Positions 50,691 to 60,422 of a stretch of 64,000 nt of DNA are shown in pieces. The notes under the pieces are model-generated. The model was not told the DNA's origin. It did no database searches and worked only from the letters and a program-made list of their open reading frames with translations. Origin of the DNA: Bacteroidota bacterium (GTDB lineage Bacteria > Bacteroidota > Ignavibacteria > Kapaibacteriales > HRBIN21); the NCBI GenBank assembly GCA_030550395.1, contig JAUQPL010000002.1, positions 124,792 to 188,791 on the forward strand, given 5' to 3'. Every line of letters begins with the position of its first letter. The stretch's first letter is position 1. The translations under genes and the position numbers were made by a program.

Positions 50691-51610
50691 CAGAGCTTCA
50701 GGATGGATTCCTCCGGTGGCAAACATACCCCGGTACATGCCCAGAAGAGATGCGCTGTGCGAATAGCATAGTGGCACATCCGTTCATCGGACGGTGGAAG
50801 GTACATCCGAAAGGCATTCAGGCGCTTGAGAATGGGGGCATTCCCAGTGGAGGTGAAGTTCGCCTGGAGGAGGTCTATGAGGGAGCGGTGAAGTGCCTGT
50901 CCGAAAATGAAGAGTGCCTCTGCGGGGGGAGATAGGAAAGAGCGGTAGGAGGAAAAGATCGAGGCACATTGCTGTGCTAAGGCTTCGGGTGAGCTGTCGG
51001 GTGCAGGTAGGGTACGGAACAGAGCTATCTTCCCATGGACAAGGAAGAGCACGTCAATATACGGGGGCTGGAGGTTGAGGAGAACAGCGCTACGGTCGGC
51101 GAGCTCCGGATACGTATACCGCCAGAATGCGGGGAGACTGAACCAGTCCGGCAAAATCGTTGTAGTCAAGAGTTCGGGTTGACATAAGGCGTGTAATTGC
51201 TCTATATCGGCACGGGCATATGTTATCGCTACAGCCTCCTTCATTTCGCCGTTCACTCGGAGGGGAAGGACGAAGGTAACGTAACGCTGACGGTCGTAGG
51301 TTGTGAGAAACTGCTGGAGCTCAAACTCTACGATGGCAGCAAGCTGGTCTTGGGAAGGGGTATTTTCGACAGGGAAGGAGTGGACTAGGGTTGCAAATTC
51401 TGGCGACAGAGCCAAATGTAGTTGTGTTGGAGAAATCGGTAAATGGGCTATCCAAGAGTCAATAGGCTCTCGAAGGACAGCAAAGCTCTGATGAGCTTCC
51501 CCTGCCCAAGGAATGCGTGCAGCTCTGTGGAGGCGCAATCCAGCAGCAGCGTACTCTACAGCGATTGTCCAGAGGGCACCGGGGGTGATATGGACAGCCA
51601 CAGCATACAC
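50690..51610 (-). CDS. Hypothetical protein (pattern resembles a degenerate PilM/actin-like ATPase fold)
   Basis: 306 aa with no signal peptide or TM segment. By-eye similarity to the PilM layout (N-terminal beta-hairpin segment, FELQQFL, LLNLQPPYIDVLFLVHGKIALFRTLP), but the nucleotide-binding Asp/Gly motifs are not evident. Confidence 0.35.
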   Translation of the reverse strand: MYAVAVHITPGALWTIAVEYAAAGLRLHRAARIPWAGEAHQSFAVLREPIDSWIAHLPISPTQLHLALSPEFATLVHSFPVENTPSQDQLAAIVEFELQQFLTTYDRQRYVTFVLPLRVNGEMKEAVAITYARADIEQLHALCQPELLTTTILPDWFSLPAFWRYTYPELADRSAVLLNLQPPYIDVLFLVHGKIALFRTLPAPDSSPEALAQQCASIFSSYRSFLSPPAEALFIFGQALHRSLIDLLQANFTSTGNAPILKRLNAFRMYLPPSDERMCHYAIRTAHLFWACTGVCLPPEESILKL

Positions 51611-51614
51611 GGTG

Positions 51615-52097
51615 TCACCGGAGGCGAATGTACGGACGCAGCCGCTCCAGCTTTTTCGGTCCGATTCCTTTAATCTCTAACAGCTCTTCGGGACTCTCAA
51701 AAAGTTTTCGACGACGATACTCTAGGATGCGTTCGGCAGTTACCTCGCCAATCCCGGGTAAGCTCATCAACTCTGCCTTCGTAGCTGTATTGATGTTGAC
51801 AGGAGCCAAAGGGGATGGGCGTCTATTGGTAGGGGACGAGCTCACTTGTGATGAACGTGTATCCGGAGCTTTCCCAAGGGGAGTGGGGACGGAGGTGTCG
51901 GACGGGAGACTGGCGGCATATGCGAGTGCTAAGCTGTCAAGTAAACGCTGGAGGTGTGATGGAAGCGGGTATGTCGTGGGGGAGAATGCCCAGCGGAGAA
52001 GGGCGCCAGCAGCGAGGAGTCCCACAATAGCTGTTACTGCTATCGCCTCCCGACGATTGATGCCCAGTGCCCGTTGGAGCATATCCCACAGTGCCAT
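51615..52097 (-). CDS. comEA: ComEA-family helix-hairpin-helix DNA-binding (competence) protein
   Basis: N-terminal TM segment and C-terminal VNINTATKAELMSLPGIGEVTAERILEYR...IKGIGPKKLERL. The start at MALW overlaps the dnaJ stop (TGATG). Confidence 0.8.
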   Translation of the reverse strand: MALWDMLQRALGINRREAIAVTAIVGLLAAGALLRWAFSPTTYPLPSHLQRLLDSLALAYAASLPSDTSVPTPLGKAPDTRSSQVSSSPTNRRPSPLAPVNINTATKAELMSLPGIGEVTAERILEYRRRKLFESPEELLEIKGIGPKKLERLRPYIRLR

Positions 52098-53281
52098 CAG
52101 CGGGGACGATGATGACGGACTCTTTTCCAAAAGCTGTTTTGCTTCTCATCCTTTGGTTTTCCTGTCCCCGACGGCTGAACTCGGCGTTCGGGAGGATAGA
52201 TAAAGGGGCTTTGACGGAGCTGCTCCACGAGCTGTTGTTCCTCCGTGGTAAGCTTTTCGGGGATGTAGACGGTGACATGTACGTAGTGGTCACCGCGCCG
52301 ACGAGCATCTCCACTAGGTAAGCCCTGTCCTGGTAGGCGGATAACAGTACCGGGCTGCGTTCCCGGTTGGATTTTCACAGTGCTCGTTCCCCATACAGTA
52401 GGAACCTCCACAACTGTTCCCAATACTGCTTCCGGGAAGCTGAGGGCATATGTGGCATGGATGTCGGAGCCCTTGCGCTGGAAGATGGGATGTTCCGTCT
52501 CCTCAATCAAGACCACGAGGTCTCCAGGGGGAGCTCCTCTCTGTCCTGCGTGTCCTTCCCCACGAATGGTCAAGCGTGTTCCTCCGATGGTGCCCGGGGG
52601 AATTCGAAGGGTAAGGGTCGCGGTACCCCAGAGGCGTCCTTCTCCGTGACACTTCGGACAAGGATCACGGATGACAGTTCCAGTCCCACCACAGGTAGGA
52701 CAGGTAAGGATTTGGATAACGTGCCCAAACACAGAGCGGCTCACGTGCTGGACTTCGCCGCGCCCATGGCACTGAGGACAAGGCTGGAGTTGTCCGGCTT
52801 GACTCCCAGTGCCTTTGCACGATGGGCATGTATTCCAGCGCGATAGCTCAATTGTCTTTTCAGTCCCTTGGGCAATTTCCTCTAACGTTAACCGTAGGCG
52901 GATAGGGATATCGTCCCCCCGTTCAGTAGGAGGGCGATGCGAGCTTGCTGTGCCGGTTGGGGTGCCGAAGAGGTCCCGGAAGAAGTCGTCGGCGAAGAAG
53001 TTAGCGAAATAGCTGAAGACATCTTCCAGAGTCGTAAAGTGGGGAGTGGGAGAACCACTGGACTGAAGTCCGGCATGTCCATAGCGGTCATAAAGTCTGC
53101 GCTTTTCCGGATCGCTGAGCACGGCGTAGGCTTCAGCGATTTCTTTAAAGCGTTCCTCAGCTTCCTTATTGCCAGGATTGCGGTCGGGATGGTACTGAAG
53201 AGCCAGCTTCCGGTAAGCCGCTTTGATTTCTTCTAAGGTTGCTGTCCGCGGAACGCCAAGGATGTCGTAGTAGTCTCGCAT
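52097..53281 (-). CDS. dnaJ: Molecular chaperone DnaJ
   Basis: 394 aa. Contains DYYDILGV and the HPD motif (YHPDRNP). Four CxxCxGxG zinc-finger motifs are present. Confidence 0.95.
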   Translation of the reverse strand: MRDYYDILGVPRTATLEEIKAAYRKLALQYHPDRNPGNKEAEERFKEIAEAYAVLSDPEKRRLYDRYGHAGLQSSGSPTPHFTTLEDVFSYFANFFADDFFRDLFGTPTGTASSHRPPTERGDDIPIRLRLTLEEIAQGTEKTIELSRWNTCPSCKGTGSQAGQLQPCPQCHGRGEVQHVSRSVFGHVIQILTCPTCGGTGTVIRDPCPKCHGEGRLWGTATLTLRIPPGTIGGTRLTIRGEGHAGQRGAPPGDLVVLIEETEHPIFQRKGSDIHATYALSFPEAVLGTVVEVPTVWGTSTVKIQPGTQPGTVIRLPGQGLPSGDARRRGDHYVHVTVYIPEKLTTEEQQLVEQLRQSPFIYPPERRVQPSGTGKPKDEKQNSFWKRVRHHRPR

Positions 53282-53284
53282 GGG

Positions 53285-54007
53285 TTATTGGGCGTTGGCA
53301 TCTGTGTTAGAAGTGGATTCCTCGCTCGGAAGGCTTTGGTGGTTGGATTGGGGGCCGACAGAAACAGCTACTCGTGCATAGCGCAGGACACGATCGCGGA
53401 AGAAGTATCCTCGTTGTACTTCTTTGACAACGTGTCCAGCGGGAATATCGTTTGAAGGGAGCTGGAGGACAGCCTCATGCCGATATACGTCGAAAGGTTG
53501 CCCCGGCGTGACTTCAATTGGCTTGACCCCAAGTTGCTCAAGGAGTCTCTGGAAATTGCGAGCGATGAGCTCGACGCCTTGGCGTAAAGACTCCAGCGTT
53601 GAGGCAGAGGCGTCCAAGGCCATGGAGAGTTGGTCTGCAATTGGAAGAAGCTGACGCAGGAGTTGTTCTGTAAGGGTTTCTGCCCAAAGTTCTTGTTCCC
53701 GTGTCATCCGCTTGCGGTAATTGTCAAAGTCCGCTGCTAAGCGGAGGTATTGTTCCTGGAGCTCTTTGTGTTGTTTTTGGAGTTCTCGATGGGTTTGCTG
53801 GAGCTGCTCCAATTCGGCTCGGAGTACCTCCGCCTCCGGGAGACTGCTTTCCAGGGGTGATTGATCGGGGGGAGAAGGAATTGGCGACGTTGCTTCTTCT
53901 TCGGCTGGAGGATGAGGAGCTTCGTGTTGCAGATATGTCTGTCGCAGCTTTTCTGTCAGATCGAGGTTTGCGTTTGGTTGCTCAGAGCTGTGATGGACAC
54001 TCGTCAT
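53285..54007 (-). CDS. grpE: Nucleotide exchange factor GrpE
   Basis: 240 aa. Coiled-coil region with the motif RLAADFDNYRKR and a C-terminal beta domain. Located between hrcA and dnaJ. Confidence 0.9.
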   Translation of the reverse strand: MTSVHHSSEQPNANLDLTEKLRQTYLQHEAPHPPAEEEATSPIPSPPDQSPLESSLPEAEVLRAELEQLQQTHRELQKQHKELQEQYLRLAADFDNYRKRMTREQELWAETLTEQLLRQLLPIADQLSMALDASASTLESLRQGVELIARNFQRLLEQLGVKPIEVTPGQPFDVYRHEAVLQLPSNDIPAGHVVKEVQRGYFFRDRVLRYARVAVSVGPQSNHQSLPSEESTSNTDANAQ

Positions 54008-54068
54008 GGTGGCAGCCTACCCGAGGAGGGCACATATTTAGTGCAAGATGCATAGACGAATATTGGCG

Positions 54069-55130
54069 TTATGCCTGTACGCAGAGCTCGGAGAGGCGGC
54101 GAGCAACAGAGTATACAACCGAGATAGCTTTGGGGTAAAAGATGCGTTTAGGGCCGATGATCCCAACCACGCCGTGAGCCTCTCCGAGGTGGTAACGGGC
54201 TAGGATAACAGCGTAATTGGATAGCAATGCCTCTTGGAGCTCGCGGCCGATACCGATGAAGAGCGGACGCTGTTGGAGGATCGGTTCATAGCGAGCCAAG
54301 AGGCGTCGGAGCAGAGTTCCTTGTTCCAGCAGGATAGCAATGGAGCGTAATTGCCCAGCGGAACTCAGCTCCGGGTAGTGCAGAAGCTGGAAAGCTCCAC
54401 TGATGTAAAGTTGCCCGGAGGTGTCCGAAAGCGATGGTAGTTGTTCAAGGGAGTGTTGGAGCACTGCGAGCAGCGGCTCCGGCAGGCTTGCGAACTCTTG
54501 CTGGGCTGCTGCAAGGGTCTCATGGAGGGTGATCAGTGAACGACCTACCAGGTAGTGATTGAGAAGCCTTGCGAGGAGCTCTATCTGGTGTGATGCAAGC
54601 TCCACGTTTGATTGAAGGGTGAATGTACGGATGGTTCCTGACCGGAAGATGATAACGGCGAGGAAATGACGAAGGCTGACAGGAATCAGTTCAACCCGCT
54701 GGATGGGCAATTGTGCTATAGTGGGAGGCTGTACAACGCCGATGGCGGAGGCAAATGTACTCAGTATTCGGGAGGCTTCCTGCCAAAGGTGCTCCCGGTC
54801 AGAGCGGTCATGGAGTTCCCGCTCAATAATTGCGCGTTCGTGTTCGCTCAACTTGCGGGCGCAAGTAAGACTGTCGACGTAGGCACGGTAGCCGCGGTCA
54901 GTCGGTATCCGCCCTGCTGATGTGTGAGGGTGGGTCAGGTAGTTGAGCTCCTCCAACTCTGCCATAACGTTGCGGATGCTGGCAGCACTCAGGTTGAGGC
55001 GCCGGCGTAGATATCGTGCCAGTACTCGTGAGCTTACAGGCTTCCCGGTCCGGATATAGAGATGGACCAGTGCCTGCAGTACACACCGCTGTCGTTCTGT
55101 TAGCTCCTTTCCCGTCCGTTTTGACGCCAT
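54069..55130 (-). CDS. hrcA: Heat-inducible transcription repressor HrcA
   Basis: 353 aa. N-terminal winged HTH (LTERQRCVLQALVHLYIRTGKPVSSRVLA). It heads the hrcA-grpE-dnaJ operon arrangement. Confidence 0.9.
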   Translation of the reverse strand: MASKRTGKELTERQRCVLQALVHLYIRTGKPVSSRVLARYLRRRLNLSAASIRNVMAELEELNYLTHPHTSAGRIPTDRGYRAYVDSLTCARKLSEHERAIIERELHDRSDREHLWQEASRILSTFASAIGVVQPPTIAQLPIQRVELIPVSLRHFLAVIIFRSGTIRTFTLQSNVELASHQIELLARLLNHYLVGRSLITLHETLAAAQQEFASLPEPLLAVLQHSLEQLPSLSDTSGQLYISGAFQLLHYPELSSAGQLRSIAILLEQGTLLRRLLARYEPILQQRPLFIGIGRELQEALLSNYAVILARYHLGEAHGVVGIIGPKRIFYPKAISVVYSVARRLSELCVQA

Positions 55131-55154
55131 CGCCTTTTGCGGGTAGCTTGGCAG

Positions 55155-55166
55155 GCAATATATTGC
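55155..55166. promoter_or_regulatory. Perfect 12-bp palindrome GCAATATATTGC 25-36 nt upstream of hrcA
   Basis: Read directly from the sequence. It is AT-rich and could be a -10-like element or an operator. It is not a canonical CIRCE element. Confidence 0.3.
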
Positions 55167-55185
55167 GACGAATGAGATCAGATGC

Positions 55186-57747
55186 TTAGGGTAAGCCCCA
55201 GAGGCTTATGACGTAGTCCAAGTAGGCGCTCAATGAACGGGAGGTTTCGTAAACTCCAAAGGTAATGATTCCCAGCAGCGCAAGCCCCCAAAAGGTGCTC
55301 AGGACAATTGTCCATAGGCGCAGTCGGAGCACAATATGGAGAGCATAAAGTGCGCGCCAAAAACTCCACAGCGCCGTTATACCCAGGGCCCCAGCGTAGA
55401 GTATTTTCAGAATGGGCTCCTGCATCAATCGCTCTCCTACCAGCAGCAGGGGCAGCGGGAGCATAAGGGGCACACTGCTCCAAGTCAGCAGGACAAGCCC
55501 AGTATTCCACGACAATCGGCGTTGGAGCAACCGGGCAATGGACACGAAGAAGGCTGCAAAGGCAATGAGTGTAAGGAGCCAGAGGCAGAAGTTCATCAGC
55601 AGTTGTGCCCACGGTCGGGGTAAGAACCAGCCAATGGTATCTTGAAGGAATCGAAGTGGGGTCAGTTGCCACAGCAAGATGACCCAGGGTGGTCGGAGGC
55701 GCAGCCATTCCTGGAGCACTGAGCCAAAAGCGGCAAGGCTAAGACCAGTGACGCCCAGACATAGAAGGGAAGTTCCGTAGTCTCCGAAACGTCCGTCGCG
55801 CAAATCAGCAAAAAAGGAACTACTCCGGGTCAAGGCTCGCCAAAACGTATGGCGCAGGCGTTGGGAGCGATTCAGCATCCAACCCGTGAAGAGCAGAAGG
55901 GCTGTTGCCCAAAGTGTGTGCATTGGGAATACACCCCACGGTGGCCGACCCGGCGGTATGATAGGTTCCAAGTCTCCCTGGAGGAACGCTTGGAGGGCTG
56001 CGTATGCAGGACGGGGCGACCCAGCAGCAGCGTCGGCGATAATGCCTGTGCTACAGGCGGAACCAGTAGCGAAGGGAAAACTGACCAGTGGACGGGCAGC
56101 CCTATAATCCTGCCAACTCCAAATCAGAGCTCCAGCGGTTGCCCGAGCTTTGCACAGAGTTAACAACTGCCATATCCACTGGGCTTGCGCTTCTGCCGAG
56201 TAAGGGACAAGATAGCCCCGCTCACTCCGTGGAGCAATAGGGAGTCCACCGACGGGTACGAGGGCAGTACCCTTTTGTTGAAACGGGATCCAGCGTTGGA
56301 GTTCCTGTTCTGTGGCATGAGCTGGAACAAATGGTGGATGGAGGCGGACGAAAAGTAGTGGGAGCTTCGGCATTTGTGGAGAGCGGGCACCACCGTAGAG
56401 CTCTGCGCTAAACAGGAGATTGAACGGACGTAAACGTTGGTGTACTATCTGCTCATAGGCTGTCACGGCTGGATGCTCTGGTAACCCTTGCCAAAGAGTC
56501 AAGGCGATGATAGCTGGATTTGCCAGTAGTGGGGTTAGCAATCGGAGATAGTGCTCTAACAGGAAGCGGGTGGTCGGTTGCCTGAGCAAGGCCGGAGGGA
56601 GCTCTGTGACAGGTAAGTCTACGATGAGGGCAATCCCTTTCTGAGCACATTTCCAGAGCCATTCTGGATGTGGGAGGTTTCCCCGGAGACGGACTGCTGT
56701 GATACCGGCAGCCAGAAGAAGCTCAATTTCTGCGTCGCTTTGGGCTGAGGGCAGGGACACGGCAGAGGTGTAGTGCTCCACACCGTAGAGATTTAACCGT
56801 TCCCCGTTGCATGTTACCAGCGTTGTCGTGTCGTTGGACTGAATCGCAATAGAGCGGAACCCAATGAGAGTCCGTGCTCCATCAATGGGTGTGGCTCCGG
56901 CCAGTAGCTCAACCAGGAGTGTGTAGAGCACAGGGGTGCGGGGTGACCACAGTTGCGGGTTGGCGAGCTCCAATTGGGCAACAACGCTCTGGGGTAGGCG
57001 GGTCAAAGGAAAGAGCTGTTCGGCAACAGTGGTGCTGTCCAGGGGATGCAATAATCGGATTCGGAGCTGGATCGGCTCTGCCGGGGAAGGCGTTCCAGTG
57101 ACGGTAACAGTGGTGGATACTCGTCCGAGCCGCCCGCCCTGCTCAGAGCGGGCATATGCCTCAAGACGCTGTATCCATGTAGAGGAGGTGCCCAGCAGGA
57201 AGAGTTCACGAAAGCATCCTCGTAAGCGCTGAGGTCCGAAAAAGGATGTATGGCGGAGTTCCGTGGAAAGACGCAATTCCAACACATTTTCTCCCGGTCG
57301 CCACAGGTGGGATGGGAGTGTTGTGCTCGTCGGGAAGCCGTAGCTTACCAATTGGGCTGCATAGCGTCCGTTGAGGAAAATTTCGGCAATATCACCTAAG
57401 CCCAGCGTAGCGAGATGCCATTGCTGATGGAGGGAAGCAGTGTCCATGCGGATAATACGCCGGTAGCGGAGTGCCCCATCAGGAGCTATGTGGGGGAGAA
57501 CGGTCGTTGACCAACTCTGCCCACCGTCAGTGGATATCTCCCATGTCCCGTTAAGCGAGATAGTCCGGCGGTACTGCCACTGTTGGGGGAAGGACATAGC
57601 AGGGATGTTGCTAAGGAGGCAGAGTCCAACGAAAAGAGCGTAGACGACTCTGTCCGAGATGCGAGAAGGCATGGGTGGATGATGGTCTTTTTCCGATACC
57701 GAACAGTTCAGTGGTGACACGGTGTGTTCCCCCATAGGCGTGGACAC
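55186..57747 (-). CDS. GH2-like (beta-galactosidase/glucuronidase-fold) ectodomain fused to a C-terminal polytopic membrane domain
   Basis: 853 aa. An N-terminal signal/anchor is followed by a jelly-roll-like segment (LNGTWEIS, IFLNGRYAAQL), LWSPRTPVLYTL...IGFRSI and a TIM-barrel-like middle. The last roughly 250 aa contain about 6 TM helices. The likely start is the Met at about 57672. Confidence 0.5.
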   Translation of the reverse strand: MSTPMGEHTVSPLNCSVSEKDHHPPMPSRISDRVVYALFVGLCLLSNIPAMSFPQQWQYRRTISLNGTWEISTDGGQSWSTTVLPHIAPDGALRYRRIIRMDTASLHQQWHLATLGLGDIAEIFLNGRYAAQLVSYGFPTSTTLPSHLWRPGENVLELRLSTELRHTSFFGPQRLRGCFRELFLLGTSSTWIQRLEAYARSEQGGRLGRVSTTVTVTGTPSPAEPIQLRIRLLHPLDSTTVAEQLFPLTRLPQSVVAQLELANPQLWSPRTPVLYTLLVELLAGATPIDGARTLIGFRSIAIQSNDTTTLVTCNGERLNLYGVEHYTSAVSLPSAQSDAEIELLLAAGITAVRLRGNLPHPEWLWKCAQKGIALIVDLPVTELPPALLRQPTTRFLLEHYLRLLTPLLANPAIIALTLWQGLPEHPAVTAYEQIVHQRLRPFNLLFSAELYGGARSPQMPKLPLLFVRLHPPFVPAHATEQELQRWIPFQQKGTALVPVGGLPIAPRSERGYLVPYSAEAQAQWIWQLLTLCKARATAGALIWSWQDYRAARPLVSFPFATGSACSTGIIADAAAGSPRPAYAALQAFLQGDLEPIIPPGRPPWGVFPMHTLWATALLLFTGWMLNRSQRLRHTFWRALTRSSSFFADLRDGRFGDYGTSLLCLGVTGLSLAAFGSVLQEWLRLRPPWVILLWQLTPLRFLQDTIGWFLPRPWAQLLMNFCLWLLTLIAFAAFFVSIARLLQRRLSWNTGLVLLTWSSVPLMLPLPLLLVGERLMQEPILKILYAGALGITALWSFWRALYALHIVLRLRLWTIVLSTFWGLALLGIITFGVYETSRSLSAYLDYVISLWGLP

Positions 57748-57762
57748 TCAGCTCGATTGGAC

Positions 57763-58632
57763 TCAATGTACCTCTGCTGCTCGGGCGACAGCAATTCCTG
57801 TGTGTGTCGGTACCCTTGCCAAGTAATCGAGGAGGGGCTTGTCGACAATCACCTTCCCAGCGGTCTGGGAGGCATGGAGGAGGTGGGGAACACCACCGAC
57901 GGGATATGACAGGCCGAGGTGAGCGTAATCCAGTCCAGGTCGGCTGGTTGTGAAAGCGAGGATATCCCCGGCCTGGAGATAGGGAAGCACTGTGCTTACG
58001 GATTCACGCGGAATGTACCAATGCTGGTGGGCATTGATTTGGTGCTCAATCAGCACAATCTGCTCAAGGAGCTCAGGACGACGACGGAGCGCAGGGTACT
58101 GATGCGGATGCTGAGACATGTAAGAGACGGAGATTTGGCGGGGTTTGCCACCCAAGTCGCAAGTGATGTTCCGAAGAATTCCCCGCCGCTCGTTATCGTA
58201 CAGCCAATCGGCGGTGTAGTGCAAACGCGAGGGATAATCCCCCAGACGCCCGTCGCGGTAGCGCGTCCGGATCACTTCTTCCATGAAGCCCTCGTAGGTA
58301 GGATTACCGCGTTTGAGTGCCCGGGCTAAGCAGAGCGTAGCTTCTACAAAGGTGAAGCAGTCTACCCCGGTGAAGTCTACACGGCAGCGTTCCACACCGT
58401 CGCTGCTCTCCAGTGTTCCAGCGGCGTAGAGGGTTCCTAAGAATAGCTCACCGAAGCGGCACATCAGTTCGCCAATGGGAAGGTGTTCCCAGCCTTCGGC
58501 ACGGGCTTTCATCATCATGCGGGTCAGGATGAAACGAGTCACGCTCCCGTCAGCTGTGTCCCGCTGCCGTTGCTGGCTACCGAGCAGCAGCGGTGTACCT
58601 GCGACCAATCGGAGAAACTGGCGACGTTTCAT
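57763..58632 (-). CDS. Tat-signal protein, DUF1460-like (NlpC/P60-fold amidase-like)
   Basis: 289 aa. Twin-arginine signal MKRRQFLRLVAGTPLLLGS. The VDCFTFVEATLCLA segment resembles the DUF1460 Cys region. Confidence 0.45.
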   Translation of the reverse strand: MKRRQFLRLVAGTPLLLGSQQRQRDTADGSVTRFILTRMMMKARAEGWEHLPIGELMCRFGELFLGTLYAAGTLESSDGVERCRVDFTGVDCFTFVEATLCLARALKRGNPTYEGFMEEVIRTRYRDGRLGDYPSRLHYTADWLYDNERRGILRNITCDLGGKPRQISVSYMSQHPHQYPALRRRPELLEQIVLIEHQINAHQHWYIPRESVSTVLPYLQAGDILAFTTSRPGLDYAHLGLSYPVGGVPHLLHASQTAGKVIVDKPLLDYLARVPTHTGIAVARAAEVH

Positions 58633-60422
58633 GAGGTCTGGTCTGGAGTGACGAGGGTGATACCCAATTCCGCTAGCTGTTCTGGCTCCACTGGGGCAGG
58701 AGCGCCATCGACCAAAGAAAGTCCACTGGTGGTCTTCGGGAAGGCGATAACATCCCGTAGGCTTTCCGCGCCGGCCATGAGCATAACAATGCGGTCAAGC
58801 CCCAGGGCAATCCCACCGTGGGGTGGAGCTCCGTAGCGGAGGGCCTCCAGCAGGAAACCGAACTTCTGCCGAGCTTGCTCGGGACTGATTCCCAGCAGGG
58901 TGAATATCTTTTGCTGTAGTTCAGCAGTGTGGATGCGAATACTTCCCCCTCCGATTTCCTCACCGTTGAGAATTAAGTCGTATGCTTGTGCACGAACTTT
59001 CTCCGGCGCGATATCCAAAAGGGGTAGGTCTTCTTCCAGAGGAGCAGTGAAGGGATGATGACGAGCAACGTAGCGTCCCTCAGCGGCAGAGTATTCCAGC
59101 AGTGGGAAGTCTACTACCCAAAGGAAGCAATACTCTGGGGAACCCGAGGAAATTAGCCCTGCACGGCGAGAGAGAGTTTGCCGTAGGGCTCCTAAGGCTG
59201 GATAGCACGTCTGCCATGGGGCGGCCACCAAGAGTACGAGATCCCCTTCACGAAGTTGGAAGCGCTCGCGTAAACCTTCGTATTCGCTGGGGCTGAGGTG
59301 TTTGGCTACGGGGGAGTGCCAGCCATCGGTGTCGTACTTAATCCAGACTAATCCAGGAAGTCCAAATGGGCGGACGCTTTCAGCAATTTCTTCCAGCTCA
59401 CGGCGGGAATACGCTGCCCCGCCTTCCAACCGAATTCCTGCAATGACGTGCCCTTGCTGATACGCTGTACGGAAGATGGTAAAGGCAGTATCGGCAAAGA
59501 GATCGGTGACAGTGTGGATGCGCAAATCATATCGTAGGTCAGGTTTGTCGGTGCCGTAGAGGCTCATGGATTCGGCATAAGTCAGTCGTGGGAAAGGGAG
59601 CTTGAGCTCTATGTCCCAGAGCTCCTGCCAGAGTTGGGCAAAGAGCCCTTCTGTCAGTGCCAGCACATCGTCCCGCTCTACGAATGCCATTTCCACGTCC
59701 ACCTGTGTGAATTCCGGCTGGCGGTCGGCGCGGAGATCTTCGTCGCGGAAACACTTGACAATTTGCACATAGCGATCAAACCCTGCCACCATGAGCAGCT
59801 GCTTGAAAAGCTGGGGTGATTGGGGAAGGGCATAGAAGCGACCAGGATGCAGACGGCTGGGAACCAGGAAGTCTCGGGCTCCCTCCGGTGTTGAGCGCGT
59901 AAGCATAGGGGTTTCAATCTCCACGAATCCTTGTTGGTCAAAGTAGCGGTGGATGACCTGGTAGACCCGATGGCGCAGTCGCAGGTGGCGTTGCATCTGA
60001 GGACGGCGCAAGTCCAGATAGCGATAACGGAGTCGGACTTCTTCGGTTAGGGGGACGTCGTCGCTGATAGGGAATGGAGGGGGAACGGAAGGATTGAGGA
60101 GGCCGAATGCTTCGGTTGCAATCTCTACAAGTCCGGTGGGAAGAGCAGGATTAGGATTTTCCCGCCATTGGACAATTCCTTCCAGCCAGATGACGCTCTC
60201 TACGGTGAGGTGTCGTGCCTGCCGGGCGATCTCGGGCTGTTGTGCCGGTCGGATGAGAGCTTGGCAAATCCCGGTATGGTCACGGATGTCCAAGAAAATA
60301 ACGCCCCCCAAGTCCCGGATGCGAGCGACCCAGCCGTTGAGAATGACCCGGCGTCCGACGTCGGTGGGACGTACTTCACCGCAGTACACGGTCCGTTTCG
60401 GGAAGCGCATGGGAGGGTTCAT
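58629..60422 (-). CDS. aspS: Aspartate--tRNA ligase
   Basis: 597 aa. Contains FLDIRDHTG, QSPQLFKQLLM, FRDEDLRADRQPEFTQVD and GGIALGLDR. Confidence 0.95.
   Translation of the reverse strand: MNPPMRFPKRTVYCGEVRPTDVGRRVILNGWVARIRDLGGVIFLDIRDHTGICQALIRPAQQPEIARQARHLTVESVIWLEGIVQWRENPNPALPTGLVEIATEAFGLLNPSVPPPFPISDDVPLTEEVRLRYRYLDLRRPQMQRHLRLRHRVYQVIHRYFDQQGFVEIETPMLTRSTPEGARDFLVPSRLHPGRFYALPQSPQLFKQLLMVAGFDRYVQIVKCFRDEDLRADRQPEFTQVDVEMAFVERDDVLALTEGLFAQLWQELWDIELKLPFPRLTYAESMSLYGTDKPDLRYDLRIHTVTDLFADTAFTIFRTAYQQGHVIAGIRLEGGAAYSRRELEEIAESVRPFGLPGLVWIKYDTDGWHSPVAKHLSPSEYEGLRERFQLREGDLVLLVAAPWQTCYPALGALRQTLSRRAGLISSGSPEYCFLWVVDFPLLEYSAAEGRYVARHHPFTAPLEEDLPLLDIAPEKVRAQAYDLILNGEEIGGGSIRIHTAELQQKIFTLLGISPEQARQKFGFLLEALRYGAPPHGGIALGLDRIVMLMAGAESLRDVIAFPKTTSGLSLVDGAPAPVEPEQLAELGITLVTPDQTS

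Noticed and set aside
54008-54068. Possible CIRCE element in the hrcA-grpE spacer (TTAGTGCAAG...)
   Set aside because: There is only a one-sided partial resemblance to TTAGCACTC, with no matching inverted arm.
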